From Longimicrobiales bacterium (GTDB lineage: Bacteria; Gemmatimonadota; Gemmatimonadetes; Longimicrobiales; Gaopeijiaceae): a DNA stretch of 64,000 bases. Both the position numbers and the translations under genes were made by a program. The notes beneath the pieces were generated by a model. That model saw only the letters and a list, made by a program, of their open reading frames with translations. It searched no databases and was not told the DNA's origin. Location: positions 1 to 64,000 of the forward strand of contig CBDCKN010000003.1 in the NCBI GenBank assembly GCA_965218295.1, written 5' to 3'. Position 1 is the first letter of the stretch; every line of letters begins with the position of its first letter. Shown here piece by piece: positions 50,847-62,676 of this stretch.

Positions 50847-50991
50847 CGGCTCGGTGCACTTCCTCAGCCGGCCTCTAGGCGGGGTCTCGCGGCGTTGATG
50901 CATGGCTCTGGGCTTCGCCACATCCTTCCCTGCGCAGGAAGGTGCGCAACGCGGCCTGACCGTCCAGGACCGAAAGGGAGAGCGCCGTCTG

Positions 50992-52368
50992 ATGTCAGAA
51001 CGAGAGGTCGGCGCGGACGGTCTGGTCCGCACGCTGGGCGCGGTGGCCGCCGGAGCGTTCGTCGTCACCAACATGATCGGCTCCGGAATCTTCACGGTCC
51101 CGGCCTTCGTGCGCGTGGCGACGGGGAGCGCCCTGGGCTCATTGGGCGTGTGGGCCGCCGCCGGCTTCCTGGCCCTTTGCGGCGCGCTTTGCTACTCCGA
51201 GCTGGCCACGCACATGCCCACGGCAGGAGGCGAGTACCGCTACCTGACCCGGGGACTCGGCCAAGTCTGGGGCTTCTTGAGCGGCTGGACCTCTTTCGTG
51301 GTGGGGTTCTCGGCCGCCATGGCGGCGTCGGCGTTGGGGGTGATGGCCTACCTGGCCCCCCTGCTCGACGGATGGAACGCCGACGCGCCGCTCATCGAGG
51401 GGCTCGGGATCAGCCAGGGCGCGGCCGGGGCTTCCCTGATGGTCCTCCTGCTCACACTGGTCCACTCGGTGGGCGTGCGCTAGAGCGGTGGCTTCCAGAC
51501 GGTGCTGGCCACCATGGTCCTGGGTTCCATCGGGATCATGGTGCTGGCCGGGTTCTCGACGGGGAACGGCTCGTGGTCGGGGCTGGTGGCCCGCACTGAG
51601 CCCGGCAGCAACTGGTGGGTGGCCTTCCTACAGGTGACTTACGCGTACGCCGGATGGAACGCCGCCGCGTACATCGCCGGAGAGGTACGCGACCCCGGGA
51701 GGAACCTCCCGCGAGCGATTCTCGGGGGGACGCTCTTCGTCATGACGGTCTACCTCCTCATCAACGCGCTCTTCTTCTACGCCCTGCCCCAACCCGAGTG
51801 GGAGCCGGCCATCGCCGTGGGACAGCTGGCCGCGGAGAGGCTGTTCGGCTTCCGGGGCTCGCTGGCCGTCACGAGCCTCATCGCCCTGGCGATGTTCGGT
51901 TCCGTGAGCGCCATGACTGCCGTGGGCCCGTGGATCTACTTCGCCATGGCTCGGGACGGGATGGCGCCACGCTTCCTGGGACGAATCTCCGATCAAGGAC
52001 ACGTGCCGGTGGTGGCCATCGTGGCGCAGGGCATCCTGGCGGCGGTCCTGGCCCTGACCGGAGCTTTCGAGACCCTGCTCATCTACATCGGGTCGTCCCT
52101 GTTGCTCTTCAACGGACTCACCGTGGCGACGCTGTTCGTGTTCCGGCGCCGGGCTGGACGTGCCGACCGACTGGAGAGCACCGGACCGGAGATCTTCCGC
52201 ACACCCCTGCATCTGCTTCCGGCATTGATCTTTCTGGGGATGACGATCGCCGCGTGGATCAACGGCCTCCTGGGCGCTCCTCTTCCTACGGGAGCGGCCC
52301 TGGTCACGCTCGCTGCGGGCGCCGCGGTCTACGCCTTCGGGAACCGCAGAGGGTGGTTCGCAGCCTGA
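50992..52368 (+). pseudogene. APC-family amino acid permease with in-frame TAG at 51481-51483
   Basis: NMIGSGIF, YSEL...GGEY, YAYAGWN; ORFs 50902..51483 and 51502..52368 share a frame (VGVR*SGGFQ). Confidence 0.9.
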
Positions 52369-52595
52369 GAGTCCGCCGTACCGGATATGCGCCCTCGCCC
52401 GTCCGCTCGCGTCTAACCCCTCCATTCCCATGATCCCCAAGTCATACGGCGCGGGCGCGGCGGATCCGACGAGTAGGTGGACGGCAAGATAGGCGACTGC
52501 AATCATGTCTGTGTCCGCTTCTCGTAGATGTTCGTTCGTCGGAGTGATCTACGAGAACCACACCCCGAGTTCCACACTCGACGAGAGGGCGAGCC

Positions 52596-53138
52596 ATGTC
52601 CGATCCCACCCCACTGGACGATCTCAGAAGCGAGCATCGTCGCCTGAAACGGTTGACCGAGAGGGCCCTGGCCCAGGTCTCCGACGCGGACTTCTTCCGG
52701 TCGCTCGGTCCGGAGAGCAACAGCCCGGCGATCCTCGTGAAGCACATGGCCGGTAGCATGCGCTCGAGGTGGCGGGACTTCATGACCACGGACGGTGAAA
52801 AGCCGGACCGTCACAGGGACACGGAGTTCGTCATTGGCGACGAAGACACGCGGGAAGCCCTCATGGAGCGATGGCAGTACGCCTGGGACCTCACCCTCGG
52901 AGAGCTCGACGACCTCACCGACGCTCATCTCTCGACTTCGGTGACCATCCGAGGCGAGCCGTTCACCGTGAGTCGCGCCATCGCGCGCCATCTCTCCCAC
53001 CACGCCTATCACGTGGGACAGATCGTGCAGCTCGCCGTGCACTACGCGGGAGACGACTGGAAGACCCTGAGCATCCCCAAGGGTGGATCGGAAGCGTTCA
53101 ACCGGGCGCCCGGCCGCTACCGGGAAGAGGAGGAATAG
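52596..53138 (+). CDS. DUF1572 / DinB-superfamily protein
   Basis: SNSPAILVKHMAG, SRWRDFMTTDGEKP, HHAYHVGQIV, LSIPKG. Confidence 0.9.
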   Translation: MSDPTPLDDLRSEHRRLKRLTERALAQVSDADFFRSLGPESNSPAILVKHMAGSMRSRWRDFMTTDGEKPDRHRDTEFVIGDEDTREALMERWQYAWDLTLGELDDLTDAHLSTSVTIRGEPFTVSRAIARHLSHHAYHVGQIVQLAVHYAGDDWKTLSIPKGGSEAFNRAPGRYREEEE

Positions 53139-53436
53139 CTCATGACTGCGCGGCCTTCTCCACCCGGGCTCGACCGAGGCCTTGACCATTTCGTCGGACG
53201 CGTCCGAGCCGACCACATTGCTGGCCGTGTGAGACGGGCCCAGGTTCCTTTCCCCGGAACTCCTTTGATCCTGCACGCGGGCAGGGCGATCCTGACGGTC
53301 CGGAACCGTATCTTCCCGATCGGGACGACCCAATGTCGCTGAGGATCGACGACGTATTCGATCCCCACGATGATCCGGAAGATTGATCGGAGGAGGTTCG
53401 CATGCCGCGGTATATCGGACTCGGGTACCCGTACTG

Positions 53437-54726
53437 ATGAGTACCACAGCCGAAGGGGCCGGGGCTCCGGTGGGGTGGAAGGCCGTCCTGACCCGCCCGG
53501 TCATGTCCTGGGCGCTCTACGATCTGGCCAACACGATCTTCTCGATGAACATCGTGTCGCTCTATCTCTCCCTTTGGGTGCTCAACGTCATGGGAGGTAC
53601 GGACGCGACCTGGGGCTACGCCAACAGTCTTGCGATGGTCATGGTCTTCCTGAGTGCTCCGATTCTCGGAGCCCTCTCGGACCAGGCGGGACGTCGTCTT
53701 CCGTTCCTCATGGTGTGCACGATCGCCTGCGTCGGGTTCACGGCGGCGCTAGGCACGGGCGGCCTGATGATGACGCTCGTCTTCTTCGTCATCGCGAACT
53801 ACTTCTTCCAGGCGAGCCTGATCTTCTACGATGCGACGCTCTCGGTGGTGAGCACGCCCCAGACGCGGGGCATCGTCGGAGGCTTCGGGGTGGGCATCGG
53901 GTACCTGGGCTCGTTCACTGGGGTGCTCACCGGGCTACTGCTTCTGGACCGGATCGGGTACGTGGGTGTCTTCCGGGTGACCGCGGTCCTCTTCCTGCTC
54001 TTCGCCGTTCCCATCTTTCTCTTCGTGAGGGAGCCCAAGCGTCCGGGGAACCTTCGACTCGACCCCGGCGCCATCGGACGCGCGCTGCGTCAGGTGAAGG
54101 ACACGATCGGTCATCTGCCGCGTTATCCCGGGCTCGCACGGTTCCTGGTAGGGCGGGTGTTCTACACCGACGCCGCCAACACGGTGATCATCTTCCTCGG
54201 CATCTACACGGTGAACGAGATCGGCTTCACCGAGACTGGAGCTCAGGTGCTGTTGCTAGTGGCGATCACCTCGGCGGCGGTGGGTGGCCTCGGCCTGGGG
54301 ATGGTAGTGGATCGGATTGGTCCGAAGCACACGCTCAACATGGTTCTGGCGCTCTGGGCGGTGGCACTGGTGGGCGCGGTGGCCGTGCCCGTCCTCGGGC
54401 TGCCGATGGCGTGGTTCTGGCTCATCGCCTGCATCGCTGGCATCGCGCTGGGAGGGACGTGGACGGCCGATCGCCCGTACATGCTCATCCTGGCTCCCCC
54501 GAAGAGGCTAGGGGAGTTCTATGGACTCTACAGCATGGTCGGGCGCTTCGCGGCCATCATCGGCCCCGCGATGTTCGCGTTCGTGGCGGCGACGCTGGGC
54601 CTCGGCCGGCCGGCCGCGATGGGGAGCCTGCTCGCCTGGATCGCAATCTCCTACCTCATCCTCAGGGGCGTGGACGACGAGGAGCGAGCGTGGGGGCCAG
54701 AGGACCTGGTGGAAGCGGAAGCCTAG
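53437..54726 (+). CDS. MFS transporter (UMF1/Atg22-like)
   Basis: SWALYDLANT, APILGALSD, GEFYGLY; 12 hydrophobic segments. Confidence 0.92.
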   Translation: MSTTAEGAGAPVGWKAVLTRPVMSWALYDLANTIFSMNIVSLYLSLWVLNVMGGTDATWGYANSLAMVMVFLSAPILGALSDQAGRRLPFLMVCTIACVGFTAALGTGGLMMTLVFFVIANYFFQASLIFYDATLSVVSTPQTRGIVGGFGVGIGYLGSFTGVLTGLLLLDRIGYVGVFRVTAVLFLLFAVPIFLFVREPKRPGNLRLDPGAIGRALRQVKDTIGHLPRYPGLARFLVGRVFYTDAANTVIIFLGIYTVNEIGFTETGAQVLLLVAITSAAVGGLGLGMVVDRIGPKHTLNMVLALWAVALVGAVAVPVLGLPMAWFWLIACIAGIALGGTWTADRPYMLILAPPKRLGEFYGLYSMVGRFAAIIGPAMFAFVAATLGLGRPAAMGSLLAWIAISYLILRGVDDEERAWGPEDLVEAEA

Positions 54727-54737
54727 GACCACGCAAG

Positions 54738-56521
54738 CTAGTTGCTGGGTTGCTGCGCCTCGATATGCATCTCAACGAGCATCGCCTGGAACCTGGGGTC
54801 CGCCCTGATCGCATCCACGTCCGGCAGCCGCACGAGCGTCGCTACTCCGAAAGCACGGAGGTCGATTGCCCGCTGCAGTGTGGCGATGGCCGAGTCGTAC
54901 TGACCGACTGCCAACTGATACCGTGCCAGGTCGACCGATCGCTCGCCCAGCGCCGCGCTCAGTCCGGCGGGGATCTCCTGGGGCTGCCCGGTTGTGGCGA
55001 GGCGCTCGGCACTGGCCACGAATGTGGCCGTCAGCTCCGGATTGAACCCTCTCACCTCCGGTACGCGCGCTAGAGCGTCCCCGCATCTCCGTAGCGGTTC
55101 TCGGCGAGGAACAGGAACCCGATCTCGGTCTAGATGCGTTCGTCGTCCGGGCTCAGCCGAATCCCCTCCTGAGCCTCGCGGATCGCCTGGTCCAGCCGCC
55201 CCGTAGCGGCAAATACTCGGGCGGCGGCGAGCTTCACGGCCGACGACATCCCATCCACGCGCTCAGCGGCTCGAATGGTAGCGACGGCCTGCTCGTGTTG
55301 TCCGGCACCCGCGAATGCGAGGGCCTGGCGCAGGAGGGTCAGTGATGACGTGGGCCCACTCGCCGATGCTCGCTCGAACTCCACGTCGGCGCCGGCCCAA
55401 TCGAAGGACCTCGACAGGAAGAGCCCCATCGCCGAGTGCGCCCCGCTCGACTCCGGGTCGACCCTCAGCGCTTCCCAGGCGGTGCTCGCACCCACCTCGA
55501 GAGCGTCACGGGCTTGCCGATCAGGAAGGATCTCAGAGGCCCGCGCGTACGCGTCTGCGGCACCTGCCCAGGAGGGCGCATATGTGGAGTCCAGTGCAAT
55601 CGACATCTGGTAGTTGTCGATCGCTGCCAGGATCCCGGCCTCGGTACCACGATTCAACGTGAACAGGCCCCATAAATACTTGTCGTACGCCATCTGGTTG
55701 GTAGTGCGCACTTCATCGATCACGGGCAACTCGCCATCGGCGAATCGTAGCTCGAGTGCGTCGAGGATCGAGCGCGACACTTCGTCTTGCACCGCGAAAA
55801 CGTCGTCGATGAGGCGCTCGTACTCCGCACTCCAGATCTCCCCTCCATCGGCGGACAACAAGCTCGTCTGGACCCGAACACGGTCGTCACTTTTCACCAC
55901 CGTACCGGCGAGCAGGCTGCGGACGCCCAACGCCGAAGCTATGGCCGGGTGGTCTGCACCTCCCGTCATAGCGGCGAGAGAGGACGCTCGGGCGGCAACA
56001 TCGAGCTCGGTAACGCGTGACAGATTAGAGCGCAACTCATCCGCGAGCCCCACCGTGAAGTAGGCGTCCTCTGGATTGTCCCCCACGTTCTCGAAGGGTA
56101 GAACGGCGATCGATCGGATCGCGCCGCCGCTCGCATTGGGCGCGGGAGCCACGGAAGTCGCTTCGGTGAGGAACCACCCGAGCACTCCAGCGGCCAAGAC
56201 ACCCGCGAACACGAGCGCGGATCCGACGCTCAGGAGACGAATTGGAGCCGGTAACTCGCCTCGACTCCCAGCTGTGCGGACGATCCCCTCGGACGTGATG
56301 TCGAAGAGCCACGACCCCGCGATCGCGATGGGCAGCCCCACGAGCGTCGTGATCACGATGAGCCGCATGACGGAATCCGGCAGCCCGAGAGCGGGGAGCA
56401 TGATGTCGGCGGCTTGCAGCAGTACGAACATCGCCGCCCCATATATCACAACTACGCGAACGACCCGGCGTCGCTTGAGCTCAGCGACGAATTCCTGCAA
56501 TGCGGACTGGTCTCTTTCCAT
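54738..56521 (-). pseudogene. Membrane protein with TolB-like and TPR domains; nonsense codon (55130) plus -1 frameshift (about 55080)
   Basis: ELKRRRVVRV, SIAVLPFEN, VFAVQDEV; DERI*TEIGF then a missing G before ORF 54738..55055 ending IRADPRFQAML. Confidence 0.85.
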
Positions 56522-56649
56522 TTACGCCGCCCTCGCCCGCACTTGGGGCTCGGTGGGAACGCTGAGGCTTTCGTTCGAGTCGGTGGTCATGCGCTCAAGA
56601 TGGGTCTAGGCTGAGTCAACCCACAAGGACTAGCGCGCCGACGCTCGGC

Positions 56650-57102
56650 TCATGAGTCCGTGGAAGCGGCCTCCCGCGCCCGCCTACTGAAGTGTGTCTT
56701 GGTGCGGGTGCGACGGGTGACGAGGATCCCGCCCAGGATCGCGGCCGGAGGAACCAGGACGCCGAGGACGAAGGGGTACCAGGAGGGCTGGCCGGGAGCC
56801 GGGTCCCCTCGGTTGACCACCAGCCACGAAAAAAGGCCGAGGACCATCATGAAGCCCGCCAGCCCAGCCGCGTGTCCCAGGGGTGAGTGATCCGCGACGG
56901 TGGCGGCTATGTATCCCCCAATCACCGCGATCAACACGCTGTAGGCTAGGTTCACGACAAGGTAGAAGGCCACCGTGATCTCCACGTCGGGACCCATGCC
57001 TCCCAGCATGAGGTTCGAGGAGAGAGCGGTCGCGAGCCCCACTAGAACCACCACTACGAAGAACGCGCCCAGGATCGACAGAGCACTTCGCCAGATCGAC
57101 AT
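56650..57102 (-). CDS. Hypothetical 4-TM membrane protein
   Basis: Four hydrophobic helices, QPSWY motif, GGAGGG RBS. Confidence 0.75.
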   Translation of the reverse strand: MSIWRSALSILGAFFVVVVLVGLATALSSNLMLGGMGPDVEITVAFYLVVNLAYSVLIAVIGGYIAATVADHSPLGHAAGLAGFMMVLGLFSWLVVNRGDPAPGQPSWYPFVLGVLVPPAAILGGILVTRRTRTKTHFSRRAREAASTDS

Positions 57103-57256
57103 GCCCTCCCTCCGGAACGAGAAGATCGGTTACTGTCAAGAAGACAGTAGGAACCAAGCCGACCCGGGGGAAGTACGCCATGGACCCTCCTTGCCAAGCA
57201 GCCTACTTTGGACCACGGTCGAGACGCAGGGGACTCACACGGGGGATCGTCGATAG

Positions 57257-58057
57257 ATGGCACAGGCCATGGAGCAGCTCGAGGACATCCAAGGCGTTCT
57301 TCTCGACCTGGACGGAACGATCTTCGTCGGCGACCGCCTCATCCCCGGGGCGGCGGACGCCATAGCCACACTGAGGCGGGGTGGTCTACCCATGCGCTTC
57401 GGAACCAACACCACCCGGATGTCCCGCGTCTCCCTCGTCGAGCGGATGCATCGCCTGGGCGTCGAGCTGGATCCGGACGAGGTGCTCACGGCCCCCCTGG
57501 CCGCAGCGTCCTGGTTGGAGAAGAAGGGGCTCTGGAGCCTCTCTCTCTGCGTGCCCGAAGCCACGCACGCCGACTTCGCCCACTTCACCGTAGACGAGAC
57601 ATCACCACAGGCCGTCATCGTTGGCGATCTGGGCGCGGGGTGGGACTTCGGCCGCCTCAACCAGGCGTTTCGTCACATCATGGAGGGCGCCGAGTTCGTG
57701 GCTCTCCAGCGCAACCCGTACTGGGACACCGGTCAGGGACTGGCCTTGGACGCTGGCGCCTTCGTGACGGCGCTCGAGTACGCCACGGGACAGGAAGCCA
57801 TGGTCGTGGGAAAGCCCAGCCCGGCCTTTTTCCAGGCGGCGGCGGACTCCATGGGCGTGGACCTCTTCAATATGGCCGTCGTGGGCGATGACATCGGTAC
57901 GGACGTGGCCGGCGCACAGGCGTGCGACGCGGCGGCGGTCCTGGTCCGAACCGGCAAGTTCCAGGAGGGCGATCTCTCCCGGGGCTCCCCGAAGCCAGAC
58001 CTGATCCTCGACTCCGTGGCCTCCCTCCCTTCGGCCCTGGGAGTCGGCTTCACTTGA
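57257..58057 (+). CDS. HAD-superfamily subfamily IIA hydrolase
   Basis: DLDGT, TNTT, GKPS, VGDD, VRTGKF. Confidence 0.94.
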   Translation: MAQAMEQLEDIQGVLLDLDGTIFVGDRLIPGAADAIATLRRGGLPMRFGTNTTRMSRVSLVERMHRLGVELDPDEVLTAPLAAASWLEKKGLWSLSLCVPEATHADFAHFTVDETSPQAVIVGDLGAGWDFGRLNQAFRHIMEGAEFVALQRNPYWDTGQGLALDAGAFVTALEYATGQEAMVVGKPSPAFFQAAADSMGVDLFNMAVVGDDIGTDVAGAQACDAAAVLVRTGKFQEGDLSRGSPKPDLILDSVASLPSALGVGFT

Positions 58058-59067
58058 GTAACGAGCAGGAGGCCGCCGAGCACTGGCGCCGACTTCTCGG
58101 GCCGTACGGCCGCGCGGACCTTCGCCGTAGCGTCATCCAGATCCTCACTTCGGCCCCACCGTATTTCCTCTGCTGGTACGCCGCCTATCGCGCACTGTCG
58201 GTGAGTTACTGGCTCACCTTGGCGCTGGCCGTGCCGGCGGCGGCGTTCCTCACGCGGCTCTTCCTCATCCAGCACGACTGTGGGCATGGATCGTACTTCA
58301 AGTCCCAGAAGGTGGCGGACACGGTGGGGTTCTGGATCGGAGTCCTGACGCTCACGCCCTACCGCTACTGGCGGAAGACCCACGCCTACCACCACGCTCA
58401 CTCCGGTGACCTGGACTTCAGGGGCTTCGGAGACATCGACACGCTCACCGTGAACGAGTACTACGACAAGTCGATTATCGGGCGGCTTCGATACAGGGCC
58501 TACCGGCATCCGGTGGTCCTCCTGGGGCTCGGCGGGCTCTATCTCTTCGTGGTCAAGCATCGCTACCCATGGGACATCCCCAGGCGCTGGAGGCGCGAGT
58601 GGACCAGCGTCTGGCAGACCAACGCCGTGCTCGCCGCCATCGTCACCTTCATGTGGCTCACCATCGGGCTGCAGGCCTTCGTCCTGGTCCACCTCCCGGT
58701 TCTGCTGTTCACGGTCACCGCCGGGGTGTGGCTCTTCTACGTACAACATCAATACGAAGATACGTACTGGCACGAGCACGAGGAGTGGTCGTACTTCGAA
58801 GCGGGGCTCGAGGGAAGCTCCCACCTGGCGCTTCCAAAGCTGCTTCAGTGGGTCACGGCCAGCATCGGGATCCATCATGTTCACCACATCAGCGCGCGCA
58901 TCCCCAACTACAAGCTCCAGGAATGCATGGACGCCATCCCAGAGCTCCAGAACGTGACCAGGATCACGATCTGGGACGGGATCAAGACCCTTCGTCTCTC
59001 GCTCTGGCACGAGGACACCCGGACGCTGGTCAGCTTCAGAGAGGCACAACGCCTGGCACGGACCTGA
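58054..59067 (+). CDS. Fatty acid desaturase
   Basis: His boxes [30 protein letters not shown] start overlapping the HAD stop inferred. Confidence 0.93.
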   Translation: MSNEQEAAEHWRRLLGPYGRADLRRSVIQILTSAPPYFLCWYAAYRALSVSYWLTLALAVPAAAFLTRLFLIQHDCGHGSYFKSQKVADTVGFWIGVLTLTPYRYWRKTHAYHHAHSGDLDFRGFGDIDTLTVNEYYDKSIIGRLRYRAYRHPVVLLGLGGLYLFVVKHRYPWDIPRRWRREWTSVWQTNAVLAAIVTFMWLTIGLQAFVLVHLPVLLFTVTAGVWLFYVQHQYEDTYWHEHEEWSYFEAGLEGSSHLALPKLLQWVTASIGIHHVHHISARIPNYKLQECMDAIPELQNVTRITIWDGIKTLRLSLWHEDTRTLVSFREAQRLART

Positions 59068-59243
59068 TCCGTGTAGCGCCACCGAGGTCGGATCATGGCT
59101 GAGACACCGCCGCCTACCCGTCGGAATTCGGAGATCGATCTCGACCTCGGTTTCCAAACTTGTCGCTCCGGTGCTAACGTGGATCAGGCTCACACGGAGC
59201 CGAGCCCAGTCCTGTCCGCTTCTGATAAACGGGCGGAAACGCC

Positions 59244-60296
59244 ATGGAAATCCACCGTTCACACTTTGCTGCGGTAGTCTCCGCCTCAGCCTCCCTGGCG
59301 TTTCCACTGCTCGTTCCCCTGCCCCTGATGGCGCAGCAGATCGTAGAGGCCGGAAGCGCTGAGTTCGAGGTGGATCGGGCGATGCTTCTCGACTCCACTG
59401 TCTACGTGCGCTTCGATGTCACGGATACGAGGCCACTCCGGGAGGCGTTGGACGAAGGGCTACTGCAGGCGCAGACGCGCGTGCTCATCATGGAGCACTC
59501 GAAGGGCCGTCTGGCTTTGGTTACGGACCAGATGGCCTACCACCACACGGCCCAGGGAGAGATCGACGGCGAACCGTGGATGGTCTCGTTCTGACCCGCC
59601 TGTAACTCAGGGGTCAGTATGACGCCCACGATCGATGGTCGGATGCACCACTTCGAATATCGCGGCCTCTTCAACGGTGGCTCCGTCCTGTGGGACCGGG
59701 AGAGTGGAACCTACTGGCACCACGTGTCGGGAATGGCCCTTCAGGGGCCATTGATGGGACAGCAACTTCCAATCTTCAACCTCTTGCAGGGGACGGTGGA
59801 CCAGGCTTTGGAGGCCCACCCCGATCTGGAGGTGGCCCTCTCCAACCGGCCGATCCGGCGCAGGAGTCGCTGGGCGCCCCTGACCGAGCGTATTCGAGGT
59901 CTGTCCGACCGGCTCAAAGCCACTATGCGCGGCGAAGATCCTCGGAGGCCTAGCATGGACATTGGCCTCGGGGCCTGGACGGAGGGCGCGCAGAAGTACT
60001 TCCCCATGGCCGTGGTCGAAGAGCATGGACGATTCGTCTTCGACGAACTGGACGGTCGGCGCCTGCTGGTCCACATCGAGCCGACCGCCAACTCTGTCCT
60101 GTCCCTCTACACGGACGCCGAGACGGCCACCTGGGACGGCGTCCTGCTCAGACTGAGCGATGGACGCTACGTCCGGGCCGGCGCGCTCCTTGCTCCGGAC
60201 GGCACCGAGCTGGAGGCGGAGCGGCCCATGCAGGTGTTCACTCGCTGGTACGAGTTCGCCCTTACGTTCCCGGAGGCCGAGGTCTACGAGCCGTAG
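59244..60296 (+). CDS. DUF3179-domain selenoprotein candidate (UxxC; read-through of TGA 59592-59594)
   Basis: MAYHH...GEPWMVSF-[TGA]-PACNSG...GLFNG...WDRESGTYW...G.ALQGPL; both halves in one frame; hairpin at 59610-59627. Confidence 0.85.
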
Positions 60297-60307
60297 CCCG
60301 CCACACC

Positions 60308-60898
60308 GTGAGGATTCGATTCGCCGCCGAGACGGATGCCAGCCAGATCCTCGAGATCTACACGCCCGTGGTCGTGGACACTCCGATCTCCTTCGAGGAG
60401 GCCCCGCCCTCGCCGGTGGAGATGGCCGGTAGAATCCGGAAGACGCTCGACCGCTACCCCTGGCTGGTTTGCGCCCGGGACGGACGCGTCTCCGGATACG
60501 CCTACGCCACCGCCTTCAGAGAGCGGCTGGCGTATCAGTGGTCCGTGGAAGTCTCGGCCTACGTCCACGCCGACGCCCGGCGCCGGGGAGTCGCGAGAGG
60601 ACTCTACACCTCCCTCTTCGAGATCCTCCGCATCCAGGGCTTCGTGAACGCGTTCGCGGGGGTCGCCCTTCCCAGCGAGGCGAGCGTAGCCCTGCACGAG
60701 TCCCTGGGGTTCGAGAGGGTCGGCGTCTACGAGCAAGTGGGCTACAAGCTGGACGGATGGCACGACGTCGGGTGGTGGCAGCTCGGCCTCCGGAAGCCCG
60801 AAAGCCCTCCGCCCCAACCCATCCCGTTCGCGGAGGTGAAGGGTTCAGAAGCGATTGCCCAAGCGCTGACGTTGGGCGAGGCCCTGCTTGGCCTCTAG
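60308..60898 (+). CDS. GNAT N-acetyltransferase (phosphinothricin/ArsN1-like)
   Basis: ISFEEAPP, YPWLV, AYQWSVEVSAYV, LHESLGF, GYKLDGWHDVGWWQ. Confidence 0.92.
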   Translation: MRIRFAAETDASQILEIYTPVVVDTPISFEEAPPSPVEMAGRIRKTLDRYPWLVCARDGRVSGYAYATAFRERLAYQWSVEVSAYVHADARRRGVARGLYTSLFEILRIQGFVNAFAGVALPSEASVALHESLGFERVGVYEQVGYKLDGWHDVGWWQLGLRKPESPPPQPIPFAEVKGSEAIAQALTLGEALLGL

Positions 60899-61139
60899 GG
60901 TTCCGTTACCGAAGTTCGCGAGCCACCAAGAGGGTCGGGGCGCCATGGGATCAAGGCGGGACGACGCGGCGTAGCGCAAGCGGGCACCGCGCGAAGCGTG
61001 GTCGCAAGGAGTCCCAACGCCGAGCCCACGGATGCACCGTACCCTCGACTGGCCGAGACACTTTGATAACGGGACACTAAGGAACCGCAGTCCCGAGCCC
61101 CACTACCGTACCATCGGCCTCCCCGCTAGCGTTCGTGCC

Positions 61140-61793
61140 ATGTCCATCAAGTCCACGCTGAAGTCCGTCATGACCCTGGGGAAAGGCGTCACCCGGGGCC
61201 TTCCGGAGTCGACGGCCGACCGGGACCCCATCGAGTTGTTCGGCGAATGGTTTGAAGAGGCGAGGGAGTCCGGGATCATGCTTTCCGAGTCGACCTGTTT
61301 GGCCACGGCCACTCCGGAGGGCGTACCCTCCTCGCGGATGGTTCTGCTGAAAGCGTTCAGCGCCGAGGGTTTCGTTTTCTACACCAACTACGGAAGCCGC
61401 AAGGCGCGGGAGTTGGACGCGAATCCCCGGGCCTCCCTCATGCTGTACTGGCCCGTCCTCCACCGACAGGTGAGGGTGGAGGGTAGGGTGGAGCGGATCG
61501 GCCACGAGGAGTCCAAGGCCTACTTCCGGACCCGGAGCCGGGGTAGCCAGATCGGGGCGTGGGCGTCCCGGCAAAGCGACACCCTGGACGACCCATCCGA
61601 GCTGGAGCAGCGGGTATCGGAGATCGAGGAGCGCTTCGAGGACCAGGACATCCCGCTCCCGGAGTTCTGGGGAGGGTACCGGGTCATGCCCGAGCGCATC
61701 GAGTTCTGGCAGGGACGACTCAATCGCCTCCACGACCGGCTCGTCTTCAAGAGAGTGGACGGGAGATGGGAGACGAAGCGCCTCTACCCCTAG
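61140..61793 (+). CDS. pdxH: Pyridoxamine 5'-phosphate oxidase
   Basis: SRMVLLK, FYTNYGSRK, RQVRVEG, GAWASRQS, FWGGY, EFWQGR..RLHDR, RLYP. Confidence 0.96.
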   Translation: MSIKSTLKSVMTLGKGVTRGLPESTADRDPIELFGEWFEEARESGIMLSESTCLATATPEGVPSSRMVLLKAFSAEGFVFYTNYGSRKARELDANPRASLMLYWPVLHRQVRVEGRVERIGHEESKAYFRTRSRGSQIGAWASRQSDTLDDPSELEQRVSEIEERFEDQDIPLPEFWGGYRVMPERIEFWQGRLNRLHDRLVFKRVDGRWETKRLYP

Positions 61794-62676
61794 ATTCCGG
61801 CCAGCACTCCTCCACCCGCCCTACGAACTCATCGGTCTCCTCCGCGAGGAGACCCGCCCCCAACGGTCCCGCTTCCTCCCAAATGTCCTGCCGACGCTCC
61901 TCCAGATCGAGGAGGAGGGGGGAGCGTTGTCGACGGGTGACGGATCGCACCGAGCTGGCGTACGTCGCCAACACCGCAATGTCGTTGGCATCTCCCAGCA
62001 GATCGGTGAGGCGATGGAAGCCCTCGGCCATGGGGACCAGCGTCTCGGGCGAGGCGGGGCTCAGGAACTCGAGCTGGTGCCGCAGGTCCTTCGCTTTCTT
62101 CCGCAGCTCGTGATGGGCCCTGGCGCTCGCACCCTCACCGAAGGCCCGCTCGGCGTGAGCTCGGACCGATTCGTAGGAGGTGGCCAGGCCCATGCGTAGC
62201 AACTCCCCGTCGTCGAGCTCGCCTGCCTGCGGCCAGTCGATGGCGACCGATCGGAGCAGGTCCCGCGCCCGGGCGAGGGGCCCGTCCTCCCCGGGGGCCG
62301 TGGCAAAAAGCGAATCACGCTCGTCCTGGAGCTCTTCGAGAAGTTGCGCCCAAGCCGAGTCGAGCTCGGCTTCCTGCCCTTGTCCGCGTACCGATCGAGC
62401 CGTCTCGACGAGCACGTCGCCGTCGCGAATGGGAGCCACGCACCTCCCCGCATCTCTCATCGTGAGGTTGCCTCGGAGATAGGCGTCAGGGGCGAGCGAG
62501 GGCCGCGCCAGCTTGAGGAGCGCACGGGCGCGCTTGACGATCCGTCGAGCCTCGTGCGCCGCCCGACCGAGGTCGGTCGTCTGCGACAGATCGTCCAGGG
62601 CCCGCTGGATCTGTACGTGGACTTCCCTCCTCAGACCCTCGAGGAGGGACTCTGTGCTGTGAATGCCGAACGTCAC
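61747..62676 (-). CDS. CHAD domain protein
   Basis: HEARRIVKRARALL, RDGDVL, HELRKKAKDLRHQLE, LGDANDIAVL. Confidence 0.88.
   Translation of the reverse strand: MTFGIHSTESLLEGLRREVHVQIQRALDDLSQTTDLGRAAHEARRIVKRARALLKLARPSLAPDAYLRGNLTMRDAGRCVAPIRDGDVLVETARSVRGQGQEAELDSAWAQLLEELQDERDSLFATAPGEDGPLARARDLLRSVAIDWPQAGELDDGELLRMGLATSYESVRAHAERAFGEGASARAHHELRKKAKDLRHQLEFLSPASPETLVPMAEGFHRLTDLLGDANDIAVLATYASSVRSVTRRQRSPLLLDLEERRQDIWEEAGPLGAGLLAEETDEFVGRVEECWPESRGRGASSPISRPLS

Noticed and set aside
51481..51483. Pyrrolysine or amber recoding
   Set aside because: TAG is used as a normal stop by many genes here; no pyl genes; a nonsense change is simpler
59095..59160. Possible N-terminal remnant of an ion-channel gene (EIDLDLGF)
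   Set aside because: Too short to support without a search
31250..60898. Arsenic-resistance system linking the ArsM-like remnant and the ArsN1-like GNAT
   Set aside because: 28 kb apart, no arsR/arsC/acr3 recognised, and GNAT specificity cannot be read from sequence
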